Assembly (NCBI GenBank): GCA_964016885.1 | Contig: OZ024743.1 | Span: 273,482,001-273,546,000 of the forward strand | Direction: 5' to 3' | Length of the DNA: 64,000 nucleotides | Origin: Eledone cirrhosa | Lineage: Eukaryota | Shown: positions 29,285 to 42,773 of the stretch, in pieces | Layout: every line of letters starts with the position of its first letter | Numbering within the stretch: the first letter of the stretch is position 1 | Made by a program: the position numbers and the translations under genes | Notes under the pieces: generated by a model | What the model was told of the DNA's origin: nothing | What the model saw: only the letters and a program-made list of their open reading frames with translations | The model's database searches: none

Positions 29285-29925
29285 GTAGCATGCGACAGCT
29301 GTCACACCCCGGTAACCGCCTTGCCTGGCGGGCCGAACCAGGTTGAGGGTAGCCGGACGAGGCTGACCCCCCCCCCCTCCCGGTGAGTTAGATAGCGGAT
29401 GCCTACCCCTGCATGCGAAGACTGGACCCGGCGGAGTGAGTAGAGGAGGACAATATCGTCCCAACGGTCACAAAGGTGGCCACAGCAAGCGGTGTGGAGC
29501 GCTAGGGGACGGCAAGGCACTACAGACATCGTGGCCATCCACTGCAGCCAGGAAAGTCCCTCGTGACGGTCCTCTGTACCACCGGATTCTAGCTTCTGCG
29601 GCCGAGTGAGTGGGACCGTCTCTGTGCACTGGCCGTCCCACTATAAACCTTTCCCGCACAGGTTTCTTCTTTAGCGTGCACTTCCAAAGTCCTGCGGCGA
29701 TGGGCGAGAGGTGGAGGTAACCTCTGGGAGTTGCCAGTCTGACTCCGGTCCCTTCCCCTGCCCCCACTGTCTCCGGACCTGCAAGTCAAGGATCGGCCTC
29801 CACAGCCACCTTCGTGCCCACGGCAGACGGGAACAACAATAAAGAAGATGTCAATTTCATTTACGATGGACAACCAGGATATATTTGGAGAAAGAACATC
29901 GCCATTGGTGAGAGCGGTAGATAGT
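29285..29925 (+). mobile_element. RTE-clade LINE 5' UTR and start of the APE ORF (fragment)
   Basis: GC-rich and resembles RTE 5' UTRs from recall (GCATGCGACAGCTGTCACACCCCGG..GAGGGTAGCCG..CGGTGAGTTAG..GCATGCGAAGAC). Ends in MDNQDIFGERTSPLV (cf. LLDN..ERRTALV). Confidence 0.65.
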
Positions 29926-32269
29926 AGTCACGGGTAGAAGATATAGGTGTGAGAACCTTGTCTGACATTCCTTTAACCTTTACTAACGTCTACTAATTTC
30001 ATAAGTAGAGACACTTTTTTCTTTTGTTGAAAAAAAAAATACCATGCCGATCTTTTTACTTTAGTATATTAGTAGAGGAAAGACAGTGTCCTTATCGAAT
30101 TTCTCATAAAGCATATGTTCAGAACGAAATACAGAGCACAGAGTGTACTTTCTCTTTCGAATTAGATATATAGACACACAAAGAATAGAATCAGAATTGG
30201 GATGTTAAACATTATTGCACAAGAATGTGGAGAATCCAAGCTCTTATTGTAAACCACTTCTTTCATCAATATATTTGTATTATCAATTTATGTACGCCAT
30301 GATGCAGGCATAATTTCCAATATATCAAATATCCTTCATTCTCAGCATTGCACCTTGCGCCCCTTAGACAGAGCTGACGTTCATCTTTATCCACTTTGAT
30401 TTGTTCCGACTGGTTAGGTATTAGCCATGAACGAGCTGTTGTTGATAATGTCTAACCATGACATTTGGTAATCTATTTCCTCTTTAACTTTTAATTGTCT
30501 AATAATTTCTTTTGTTGTTTCTCCGTGTGACTTCGAATATTTAAATCAGAGGTAAATGTCAACACTGGCTATTTTGACATTTAGCTCGGCTTTAATTATT
30601 AATCGAATGTGCATAGAATATTGATTCAGAAAATTTGTGTACACTGTAATGCAATTTGTATGGTATATCAATTTCCAAGTATTTACGTACGGTTGGTCTA
30701 ATTATTTATGTCTCTGTATACTAGGGAATTGGTGCATTTAGTGCTTTTGTTTTTTTATTGTATTTTTAACGTTTTATTTTCCTTAAGTTGGATTTGGTGC
30801 ATTTTTCTAAATTAAACCTCGGGCCAAGTAATTTATATAATCCGCGTAATTCATATAACAACAGCCTTTCTGCTTAATTTTCGTCTCCTATATAAATTGC
30901 GAGGTAATGCATATGCAAAATATGTTTGATTCTAGTCCTTTAGAATTATAACATAATACAATTATGTGTACCATGCTGTCTGAAGGTGCTATTGCCAGAG
31001 AGGAAATGCGTGACAAGCGGCATTGAACAATATTCTATATCTAATATGGATAGAGCTTAAATTTATTATTCTATCATCTGTTTGTTGCTGCAGATCTTGT
31101 CAGTTGTTCATAACAAGGTTGATATACCTGATTATATTTGGTGATACTTCATTCATTGTAATGCTTCTTGGATGTTCATTGAAGTAAATGTTGTCGGAAA
31201 CCTTTGCACACCCTGTTTTGTTAAGAGTCGTTCTCGAGACGAAATCGCCTTAATTTGATGTATTGAACCCCAGCAACCACATATATGGCTTCGGGTCCTG
31301 AGCCAAGAAAGTACAATCGGCTCCTTACTAAATGCTGGTGAAACCAAAGAAAGAAGCTTTATCCAGGGTTTATCGATACTGCTCATGCTTTCGACCGATC
31401 TTCTTCCAGCACGAAACTCCAATGAGTACAAAGTTGATTAATTCCCAACCGTCTCTGTCCCTCTTGCCTGGTCACCGTTTACTATATATTATTCGCAATG
31501 AGATCATTAATCTTGGCTTCAAGATGACAGGTTTCTTATCGCAGTTGAAGAGGAGAGGGTTAAACTAAGGAAACGAGAAAACGCTGGATGGCATCAAATT
31601 TTCCCTTCCGATGTGGAACGCTCTTTATCGGGAACGTGAACTGCATCCTCAGGAAATCAGCATCATACCCGGGCGCTACAGGGTGTTATAGAACAGACTT
31701 ATTTCCAATAGATTTGTAGTGAAACTCACATCTGCATTCGGAATGGAGAGATAGAAAAAATGAATCAATATGTTTTAAGGGTTTCTTCCAATGAATACCT
31801 TTGCTATTTTCTTGGATAATGCCATGAAATAACTCGGATAACAGTCAGGGTGTAACATGACATTCTGTCCACCAGGACCACGAATCAGCAATAGCAATAA
31901 ATTATAAACCAGTATCTGCATGTATGTTTATGAATGTATGTATGAGCCATTAATACCCTTCATTTAGACATTCGACATAACAGATTCAATTAGAAATTTC
32001 ACAAATAACATGCAATATCATGAATATAGAACAGAAAGAATAATGGTGCGATTAAATTATTATACAGTTATTCGAATAAATTCATTTGGCTGGATGAAGC
32101 CTGAATTTCTGATCTTATTGGGGGTTATCCAAGTGATTTTATTAACTTAACATAATATTAGCTTAATATGAATTACCTTTGATTTATACGAAATTTATAG
32201 AACGCTCTATAGGATTTTTTTAGAATAGAAACAAGTGATCGATAATTATAATATATTAGGAAACCAAGC

Positions 32270-32540
32270 AAAAGCGTTTTGGGATCATAATCGTAATGTC
32301 ATGAGTTCGATTCCCCGAGGACTTTTTTGTCCTAAAGCAAGACACATTTATTTCAGGTTGTTCCATAGCTGGTAAAAATTAGTTGTACCTGTAATTCAGA
32401 AGAACAGCCTTGTCCCACACTTTATCTCAATGAAAGCTATGTTAAGAGAACACGTGTCTGTGGACTGTTACTCCACTTTCACGTTAAATCCACGTGTAGG
32501 ATGTCTCGTTGTCGTCAGAAACGATGGAATTCCAGCAGCA
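32270..32540 (+). mobile_element. Degenerate tRNA-derived SINE
   Basis: B-box GAGTTCGATTCC followed by GTCC..AGCAAGACAC.TTTATTTCA, which is also seen at ~38818. Confidence 0.55.
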
Positions 32541-33391
32541 AAAAGAAGAATTTTAATAAAAAACGTCATTAAAACAACGATAGTTATTTGATAGTTATTT
32601 TTTATCCTATCTATGTACATAATTTAATCTAACTACGTGTGTTGCTTTCTAACATTCATCGCTCTAGTATGCATCCCTCATGAGTGTAGTTATTGGGCTG
32701 CGGCTGAGCAGTGCACTTCGCAATCATGTGGTTTGGAGAATATTTAGTAAGGGTACTATACATTCGGTTTTGAGAAATAGAGCTTCGAAATCCCTTCATG
32801 GCTGTGCCCAAATATCACCGGTGCCAGATGCCTGAAACTAGTAAAATAATAAAGGCATAATACTTATGTCTGTTCATTAATATAACTCCAATATGCTTGC
32901 GGGGAAAATGATAATTTTTCTATTTCACATTAATCTATGTATCCTTCTCGATTGAAAGTTAAACTCTAATAATATATTTATTTAGTTTCTAAATATTTCT
33001 TTCAATTTATAATAATAACATTTTCAAACATTTTTTCCTAGTCTTACTCTCATTCTCCCTATTGATCTGTTAGCCACGTTACTATTAATCTTCTTTTTTT
33101 TCTCACTAATGTTTCTTCGTAATAGACGCTTATAAGACAATTAATTACTACCTTCATTAGTCCTATCTCAGCTAATTTATTTGTGATTATTTTCTATCTC
33201 ATTATTACCTTAGTTTTCCCATTAACCGACTATAATGAACTTCATTTGGACATTGGCAGTCACAATCGGCCACAAACTGTATACGTATCCAATACCACAC
33301 TCCACCCACGCTTTTAATTATACATATTTTATCTTCATCGTTGTTAAAATCACAAAACACTAATCGTTGCCTGAAGAAATTTCAATAATGC

Positions 33392-33496
<105 letters not shown>

Positions 33497-34275
33497 TAGA
33501 TATATATGATATGATATGAAATGCATCGAATTATTGATATGAAGCGCGCTGAGGAATAACTGTAAATTGTCGGGTGCCATAAATAACAATAGTATAAAGA
33601 ATCGGGTAAAACAACCTCAGGGATGGAGAACGGTGGCTTCAGAAGAATAAGAGGAAATGAAAGTGTATCGCGGACTAAGGGAAGTGTGTTGAGGTAGAGA
33701 AGAAAGAACAGAATCATGCGGCTAATTCATAGCTTATGAGGTAATCGAAACATTATCTGTTTTTGTCTGCATGTCTTATAGCACTTTCATTTCCACTACT
33801 CAACTAATACTTGGTTCTTTCTCATCTACGTCAGCACATTTCTCTTAATCAACTCTACAATATATCCTTTTCAATTCCTTATTTCACTAGTCACCATTTC
33901 CCGTCTCTAACTCTAATCACAGTTATTTCTGCATTTAAGTCCGTATCGTTCTATGAAATGCATATACACATACTATATATATATACATGTATGTATGTTT
34001 ATATGTATGAGAATGCAGGAAAGCAGCTACGTTTATATGCACATATATGTAGGTATATATATATATATATAGGGGGGAGAATGAGAGAAAGAGTGAGAGT
34101 GAGAGAGAAATGATTTTATAAAAATGTTATAAATGATTTCATACACATGTTCTAGACACGAAGAACAGAAATAAAGACTACTTCTCCATCAATATACTGA
34201 GTACCTTAATTAACTGGTTTTTCCCACCTACCCTAAGGCAGAAAACCATCCTTAATTTTACACACGCACACACAA

Positions 34276-34401
<126 letters not shown>

Positions 34402-34633
34402 ATGAATGGTTGGACCCTCCCATCATAAATGAGAATCAAGTGTTCAGTAAATAATAATATTATTTCCCAAATGTACAATTCCTTCATCACCATAGTATTC
34501 AAGTGACACACAAGACGTCACGCTGCATATTTGATTTACTGAAGTACGTGCATAAATGAGATTGTAAAGGTATATATATAGTTAAAGAATGAAGACTAAC
34601 ATGGTTGGCTGTACAATAAGGGCTTTATTTAAA

Positions 34634-34744
34634 GTATTGACAATTGTTTCGTTGATCATGTGGGTCAAGAGTTCGCTAATCGCCTGAGGTTGCGTCATTC
34701 GATCTCCAATTCATTATTTACCTCTGCTCAACACATCAGTGTAC
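34634..34744 (-). ncRNA. Hammerhead-like fold in the Naiad 3' pLTR (expanded stem II)
   Basis: GTACA CTGATGT GTTGA..~72 nt..TCAAC GAAA CAATTG TC AATAC. Confidence 0.6.
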
Positions 34745-35391
34745 GTAGATATGAAAGTAATGCACTCGATGCAAGACTTATGTACAAAAATAGCGTATAA
34801 TCAAAACAATAACATCAATAATAAAATAGCGTATAATCAAAACGATAACATCAATAATAAAACATGTATGGTAAATAGGTAGAGAAGTTACAGATGTAAA
34901 AAGTAAAAAATAATATAAAAGATAGGGCACATTAAAAAATAAGAAAATAAGAAAATGGAAAATATAAAAATATAAATAAGTGAGAGCGTGTAAGTACATA
35001 GTAGTAGTTTTTGAGTAAGTGTTCTTATAAGGATTCGTTGGTGGCTTTAGTGCTAACATGCTAAACCAGATTCGAGATGTACATAGATACGTGTAGAGGG
35101 AGCGATAAAAGAAAAGACAATAAATTAGAGATTAATTGGTAGATACATTTATGATATTTATGGGCTAGGGATGACGGGACATTTGATAAACGCTTGTCGT
35201 AAATGTTTTGCTGATTGTTCTATCTTAATGGGGTTGATGCTGTTTCAGGGAGAGAGGATGAAAGATATGTTCAGAGATTTATGATCCAGTGACCAGTTGG
35301 CCGTTTGATAGCTAATAGCAGTTTGATGGTGTGTGTTCTATATTTTAAAATCTATGTGGTTCAGTACTAATTTTGGGATTGCTGGTTCAAA

Positions 35392-37715
35392 TCATGGTGG
35401 TTTGAAGTTTGTGAATCTAGTAGCTATTTTATGCTTACAGAACATTGATATTTCTATTTTACTGTTAAGCAGTATCCCATCGTACCTTAAAATATGTAGT
35501 AGTTCTAAATTACAAAGCCCGCAGTGGGACATACCGTTGCTGTATGCTTTTGCTACCGATAATTTTGAGCAGCTAATCTTATATTCTAGGTTTTTGTCCT
35601 TAAGCTGCCAGATTTTATAGGCGAGGGTCGTAGAGTTCTCCAGTGCACGGTTCTTCATGGAGTATCTGTGGACGTACCACTTTTCTTAAACACCCCAGCA
35701 GTAGTGCCAAGTAGAGTTGCCTGAATTTACAGTACACAGGTATACCATATTCGAATCCAGGCATCTATTCCGTAGTGGGCACTTATCCAGTAGGTGGCAA
35801 TTACAATTTGAGGTTTTATTTTGTGCAGGTTCATCATTGCGATTTTGTAAATTGTTGTGGGTGTGTTGTGATTTAGGCCTATTAATGTTTTGTTGTAAAG
35901 TTTTCTGATGTGTTTGTGGTTATGATGTTGTTGTGTGTTTGTGTTTTGTATTTGGTGCTATGGTGCGTGTTGGAAAGTTTTATAGTTTTTCTATTGAATA
36001 TTTTATGGTATTTGTGTAGTGTAGGGAAGTGCTTATCTATTAGTTTAAAGAATGTAGAAGGTAGTTTAGTTTTTATAGAGGAGTTGAATATTGGATTGAA
36101 CCATAGATACTTTCTATCTCTGGATCTTCTATAGTTTTTTGGGGTCCTTATATTAGTGTACTTTTCGGTTATTTTTGGTGCTCGTTGTCTAATTCTATGC
36201 TTAGTCCGATGCTTGTTATTTGTAAATGAGCGGGTAGTGTTGTTGTCGTTACGTTTGTTGTTGTTGTCTCTATCTAGTATGTATTCCAGCTTCTCCTTAT
36301 GTCCAGCCTTATGTAAAGCTATGTTATAATAGTTTGCGTGTTCGTTAAAGGTTTCTAGGTTCGAAGATAGGCGGGATATTCTGAGGCATATACTATGTGC
36401 TATGGAGTTAATTATGGATCGGGGGTGGTTTGATTTATAACTAATGATGGCTAGATTTTCGTTATTCTTATGGGAGGGCTCTATTAATCCTGCGTTTAGG
36501 TTGAGAGTTACATCTAAGAAATTTGCTTTCTTAGAGTTAAGTTCGTAAGTGATACCTAGGCCTAGTTTTTTGAAGAATACTCTAATGTTTTTTCGTAATC
36601 TTTCCATGTTCTGATTATTTAAGTTTTTGGTTAGAAGGAGTGTATCGTCTCTGTAAATTCCTCCTTGGAGGTTATTGAATTCCTTATGTAAGTTGTGCAC
36701 TATATATATATTCCTAACAAGTCCGTAACCTGCGCTGAGTCGTTAGATCCCATTGTGATATCAAAGCTATTCTGTCTGTCTTTTCGTTCCCAGTAACTAT
36801 TTTCGAATCTAATGATAGTCCTTCTAGCAGCTAGTATTATTTTAATTTCGTCCGAGGTAAGGTCCGAATTTTTCTGGGCAAAGGTTAGCGCTTTTCCCAG
36901 TGTGACTGAGGATATGGATGAGTAGTAGTCATTAGTGTCGAATTTTACGAAGTTAGATGTTTCTCTACTGTTTATTTTGTTGCACCACTCTATTGCTTCG
37001 TTACTGTTATCCCATAGCTTAATTACTAGTTTGTCCTTAATTTGTGCGATTACTCTATCTAGTATATACTTGCTAATTCTACCGATATTCGAGTTAGATG
37101 GGCATATTAATCTAATTGAGTGGTCTATTTCGAAATTATTTGTGTGATCCTTTAAATGTGGGGTTAAATGTGGGGTTACAAAGGGTTAGAGGTTCGGTTC
37201 TATCAGATATGTTTAGTTTTTTTTACTATGCTAAGTCCTTCCTTATTAATGCTAGTAAGTACAGATTCTGTTGTGTTTTTGTATTTTTTGTGCAAATCCC
37301 GGCGTATAAAATTATTGTATGTATTGGGGCTCTTCGTGTATACGTATGATGTTTTGTCTGCTTTTACTATAATACCGTTGGTGTTGCGCATTTTTTTGGC
37401 GCAGTATATTGATCGTTTTGTAAATTGTTGTGATGTGTCCGTTTTTTAAAATTTAGTTCCACCTATCATGTTCATGAGGTCGAGTTCGAAGGCATCGAGC
37501 AGGGGGTTGTTGGGTGGATTTTTGCAGGATTTGAATCCGTATTTTTCGCTAGTAAATTCCTCCGTGTTATTAGCGTTACCTTTCTCGTAATGGTAGGCCT
37601 TCCATCGGATTCGACGGATGAAATCGTTAGTATGCTGTATTATGCCGAGTGTGTAGTCCTTCTTTGTAGGTATAGGTATGTTTTTCAGTGACATGCCTAT
37701 GTGGTGCTTTTCCAT
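35392..37715 (-). pseudogene. Naiad-like PLE polyprotein (RT + C-terminal GIY-YIG), disrupted
   Basis: Motifs SLKNIPIP..FIRRIRWKA, IIVKADKT, FKDH..IRLICPSNSNIGRISK, FDITMGS, GIYRDD, NFLDVTL, WFNP, CNC..CPL..C, CGLCNLE and CKHK. The ORF has frameshifts, a 12-bp duplication near 37150-37178 and a deleted YIG motif. Confidence 0.92.
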
Positions 37716-38269
37716 GTTAGTGCTGTGCGTTAAGGTTGTTGCTCAACATCTCTTTCACCCTATCTCCCTGAATAAGCATCAACCCCATTAAGATAGAACA
37801 ATCAGCAAAACATTTACAACAACCGTTTATCAAATGTCCCATCATCCCTAGCCCATAAATATCATATATGTATCTACAAATTAATCTCTAATTTATTGTA
37901 TTTTGTTTCATCGCTCCATCTACACGTATCTATATACATCTCGAACCTGGTTTCCCATGTTAGCACTAAACCCACCAACGAATCCTTATAAGAATACTTA
38001 CTGAAAACTACTACTATGTACTTACACGCTCTCATTTATTTATTTTTTTATATTTCCATTTTCTCATTTTCTTATTTTTTAACGTACCCTATCTTATATT
38101 TTACTTTTTACTTTTTACATCTGTAACTTCTCTACCTATTTACCATACATGTTTTATTATTGATGTTATTGTTTTGATTATACGCTATTTGGTTATTGAT
38201 GTTATTGTTTTGATTATACGCAATTTTTCTATATAAGTCTTGCATCGAGTGAATTACTTTCATATCTAC

Positions 38270-38380
38270 GTACCCTGATGTGTTGCCCAGAGGCGAATAA
38301 TATATTGGAGATCGAATGGCGCAACCTCAGAGGATTAGCGAATTCTAGACTCACCTGATCAACGAAACAATTGCCAGTAC
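38270..38380 (+). ncRNA. Hammerhead-like fold in the inverted Naiad pLTR (GUC->GCC)
   Basis: GTACC CTGATGT GTTG..CAAC GAAA CAATTG CC AGTAC. Confidence 0.5.
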
Positions 38381-38610
38381 TTTAAATAAAGCCTTTATTG
38401 TACAGCCAACCATGTTACTCTTCATTCTTTAACTATTATTACTCCAAGTATAACCTGCATAGAAATTACCGCGAACTCGCCGCATAACTATGGAAGCATC
38501 CTGTTGAGTCAAACAAAGTCCGTACGTTAAAACTATCCACAACGCAGAGTACTCACAACCTCTAACTGGATTACCTTCAACGATAACTTGTTATTCCATA
38601 TATATATATG

Positions 38611-38681
<71 letters not shown>

Positions 38682-38724
38682 ATTATTATTATAAAATAAC
38701 AGGAGGCTGTACTAAAGGTTTATT

Positions 38725-38782
38725 ATACTATGAACATTTCAATGACCGGGTTCAGTATGAATCCGGTGTCATCATCAGGCAT
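38725..38782 (-). ncRNA. Type I hammerhead candidate, family B
   Basis: ATGC CTGATGA TGACACCGG..CCGGTCATT GAAA TGTTCA TA GTAT. Confidence 0.6.
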
Positions 38783-39081
38783 TCGAAATTATATATATGT
38801 CCTTCGAAATTATATTATGTCCTTGAGCAAGACACTTTATTTCACATTGCTCCTTCTACCTGGAGTTGCGACCGATTAGCAATTGGAAAGACCAACGGAA
38901 ACATTGTTCCCTCGGTCCGATTTGACGAAAGTCGATCGTTCCTTTAAGTATATATATAATTTCGAATAGACGCGCGTGCCTTACATGTTAAATGATAAGT
39001 TACAGGGAAGCATCATGTTCATGGAACACGATTAATTATAATAACAAGAGGCTGACTGGTGTAATTCCTTAAAGGTTTATT

Positions 39082-39139
39082 ATACTATGAACATTTCAAT
39101 GACCGGGTTCAGTAGGAATCCGATGATATCATCAGGTAT
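39082..39139 (-). ncRNA. Type I hammerhead candidate, family B (local duplicate)
   Basis: ATAC CTGATGA ..CGG..CCGGTCATT GAAA TGTTCA TA GTAT. Part of a local duplication spanning 38690-39350. Confidence 0.6.
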
Positions 39140-39202
39140 TCGAAATTATATTATATATATATATATAAAATATATATATATATATATATATAAAATATAT
39201 AT

Positions 39203-39234
<32 letters not shown>

Positions 39235-42067
39235 ATATATATATATATATATAAAATATATATATATATATATATAATTTCGAACAGACGCGCGTGCCTT
39301 ACATGTTAGATGATATGTTACAGGGAAGCATCATGTTCATGGAACATGATAAGTAATTTCAATGTGGAAATTGTAGAGAAATCTATCGAAAGTATTTACA
39401 TGCGTGTCTTACCGCAGATATGTTATTTTATCTGAGGTAATACCTACTGCTAAACACACTGTTAAACTCATTCGATAAATATAAGTGCAAGATAAAAGCA
39501 GTACTCAAGTAGATATCATTGGATCAAAACTTTCCAAGCAATACTTCAACATCATTGTAGTACTACATCTGAAACCATTAAATTTTAAAATAATAGTGTT
39601 TGGGCTTGTGTACCATATTAGAACCGTAAGCTCTACATCCATATTATTCTAACATATCACAGCTCAACGATAGTTCTCCCGGCTAAGTATACAAAACACA
39701 CCATATTATTGTGGGGTCGATAAAATAAAGTACCAGTAATGCACTGGAATATTTGCTGGCCTTTTGTCAATAGTAGAAACAATTATTGTATGTACATTCG
39801 ACCGCACCAGTTACACAAATAATTGTTATAAAATATAGTTTTGTTTGTTAACAAAGGCACACATAATCATTGGAATGCATTCGCATAAATCATGTAACAT
39901 TTGGAGTTTCTTACCTTATTCTCATTTGCAATTTGTAGATCTACTACATCCTTAGCAAACGTTTGCGGGAAATGTATTAAATAAATAAAGCCTATGTGTC
40001 GTGTAATTTTTGTTTTTAAGCCACTCTTTCTGGGTACCATGTTTAACTACAGCATCTGCTGTTAGATATTGTGTTATTATCAGGTAGAACTGATAAATTG
40101 TAATCAGAAAAAAAGGAATATATATTGTCATTACATGAGCCAATTTCATAATTCAAAATATTTTTTTTTTGTTTAGCTCGTTAACAACGAGAAAATTGTT
40201 TCGAAATTCAAACGTCAAATACTGCGTTCCTTAAATTGCCGTTGAATGGAAGTTACCTATTATTATATGTAGAAAATACCGATTTCTTTTTCTTTAATTT
40301 CTAAAATGAGGTAGTAATATATTTATAAGAACTTTGGCTTCATATTCTGTTGCATAAGAATGAAAATCATAGTTTCGCCTTTGTAGTGATCATCAGAATT
40401 GTGTAAAACGATAATGGAAAATACATTATAATTTGCAGAAATCTTCAAAGACAACTTGTTCTAACGGTGTCTCTTAGATTTAGTTGTGGTTTACACCAGC
40501 GTTTGCACATAAATCACCTTATTGAAAGAGATCAGAAAATGTATTTTTTCTGCGAAATACATTCTGTCTCCATAAATGGAAATATTCAAACATTATCGTT
40601 TGATTTTTTGAGTTGGTGGGATTTGTCATCAGTTTCTTGCACATTCACATATTTAGCATGAATATTATCTACAATGATATATGCTGAATAAAATGTTAAT
40701 TTTAATCTATTAACTTTGTCAGACGTCATAGATGGAGAGGTCCCTCTCCAGTCTATATGTTGAGACATGATCTTGCTTTAATTTACAATAAAAGACAATT
40801 CATTTGTTTTAGGTCATACTACCCGTCGTTAGAAAAAAAAACTGTCAGACTATTCAAAGTACTGTCAAATAATGGGTATTTGAAACTTTTAGAGAGAGGG
40901 TATCATCAATATTCCATTAATGGACACGTTTATGAGTGAAGCGGTTAGCAGATGATGAGATACAATGTTCAGCTTTCTCAATGTCTCTATTTTCTTCGTG
41001 TTATCTCCCGTTGGCACAATTCAATGTCTTTTGTGATAGAGGTGAAACAAATTTTATCGATTCAGTACATGACTGGTACTTATGTTTTTGAAGTGAAGTA
41101 GAATTATGGAAGACGTGAGAAGAAAAAAAATAGGTGCATAGTGATAAATAGCAAAGCATTGGATGTATAGTTGGATTGCAGGACGGATAGAACGGCCGTA
41201 ACAGTTAGTAATACACGCATTTGTGTATTAAGTAATATTTAAAGAATATATGATTTCCTCGTATTTACTGCAAATCTAAAAATGATTGCTTAATAGAGAA
41301 AAATGCAATGGTGTGAATAATGATTTTTGAATAATACTGTGATGAAAGCTGAAATATTTAGCTCATAAATAATAGCATATCGAATGGCAATTTTGTATTT
41401 GCAAATTTCTATTTTTATCTTGAATTTTATATTATGATAAAGCTACTTTATATTGAACAGTGATTCTTTTAACAATACTTTTCTTTTTTGTTAATTTACA
41501 ATAGTTCGAATATCAAAGAAGTATTTCAACGTTTAGCGTTTTTGTGTAAAAACGAAAACAAATACGTCTGCAAATCACAGGCTGGCTCCGCCTAGCCGTT
41601 AATATTTTTTAATACGTCAAATGTAGTTATTAAGGAAAAAGAAACGTTTAAGATGATAATGGTTCCCTTTGTATCTGATACTGGGAAATTGATAACTGTT
41701 GATGTGTAAACCCAGATGCATGTTTCAGTTTACAGTTGAATGTTTCAGTAAAATACATAAAAGAACAGCTACTATAGTCAATCTTGCGAAAACTTGACTT
41801 ATGTTTTGATCTAGGGAATAGAACACGCTATTATTAATAATTGCATATATAGAGAACCTAATACTTCCATTCTATGCCACTAAATCATAGAGAGATGAAA
41901 TGATTAAGTCTTCGTGATTAACATGTTAAGAATCGATGGTCAGGACAGCTACTGTCTAAATTGTATATAGTTTAGTATGATCAATATACTAAAAAACATA
42001 TTTCCTATTTATAAGAAGTTATATTAATGTCATACAGTATATATATGTGTATATATATATGTATATG

Positions 42068-42146
<79 letters not shown>

Positions 42147-42147
42147 G

Positions 42148-42179
<32 letters not shown>

Positions 42180-42181
42180 TA

Positions 42182-42734
42182 TATAAACGTTAGAATATGT
42201 GTAATAAGGCCAAGACAATGCAGATATGGACATAGAAAAAGAATGCAATAGTGAGAGATATTGATGAGAATTCGTCTTTCACCTTGAATTTATTTAAATG
42301 TCCTTAATTTTCGAGATAATATCTCTTCTTCGGAGGGAAGTAAAAGTCTCAGACCAGCGTCTAAATTTCCAATGAAGCCATGCTGACCGGAAATAGTATA
42401 GAGTTCTAACTTTAATATCAAAGAATTAAAATTAGGTGGGTAAAGAGTAGTCTCCCTTTAAGAGGGTACTCTTTACCCACCTAATTTTAATTCTTTGATA
42501 TTAAAGTTAGAACTCTATACTATTTCCGGTCAGCATGGCTTCATTGGAAATTTAGACGCTGGTCTGAGACTTTTACTTCCCTCCGAAGAAGAGATATTAT
42601 CTCGAAAATTAAGGACATTTAAATAAATTCAAGGTGAAAGACGAATTCTCATCAATATCTCTCACTATTGCATTCTTTTTCTATGTCCATATCTGCATTG
42701 TCTTGGCCTTATTACACATATTCTAACGTTTATA
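42182..42734. repeat. Apparently perfect 268-bp inverted repeat with a 17-bp spacer
   Basis: 42182-42449 is the reverse complement of 42467-42734, with no mismatch found by eye. The right arm extends ~43 bp further into (TA)n. Confidence 0.95.
42580..42614 (+). ncRNA. Minimal hammerhead-like motif with CCGAAGA core (mirror copy on the minus strand at ~42302-42336)
   Basis: CCT CCGAAGA A GAGAT-ATT-ATCTC GAAA AT TA AGG. Confidence 0.45.
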
Positions 42735-42773
42735 CCTCATTACACAATGCTTCAAGTGAACTATAACCTCCTC

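Larger units (their letters stand above)
34577..38600 (-). mobile_element. Naiad-like Penelope element with inverted terminal repeats (pLTRs 34577-35275 and 37742-38433, right copy extended to ~38600)
   Basis: ORF motifs as below, ~700-bp inverted repeats and TA-rich flanks. Confidence 0.93.

Noticed and set aside
35392-37715. Selenoprotein-type Naiad (in-frame UGA plus SECIS)
   Set aside because: The conserved Cys codons I checked (CNC, CPL, CL, CGLC, CKH) are TGT/TGC. The breaks are frameshifts, and I saw no convincing SECIS in the 3' UTR.
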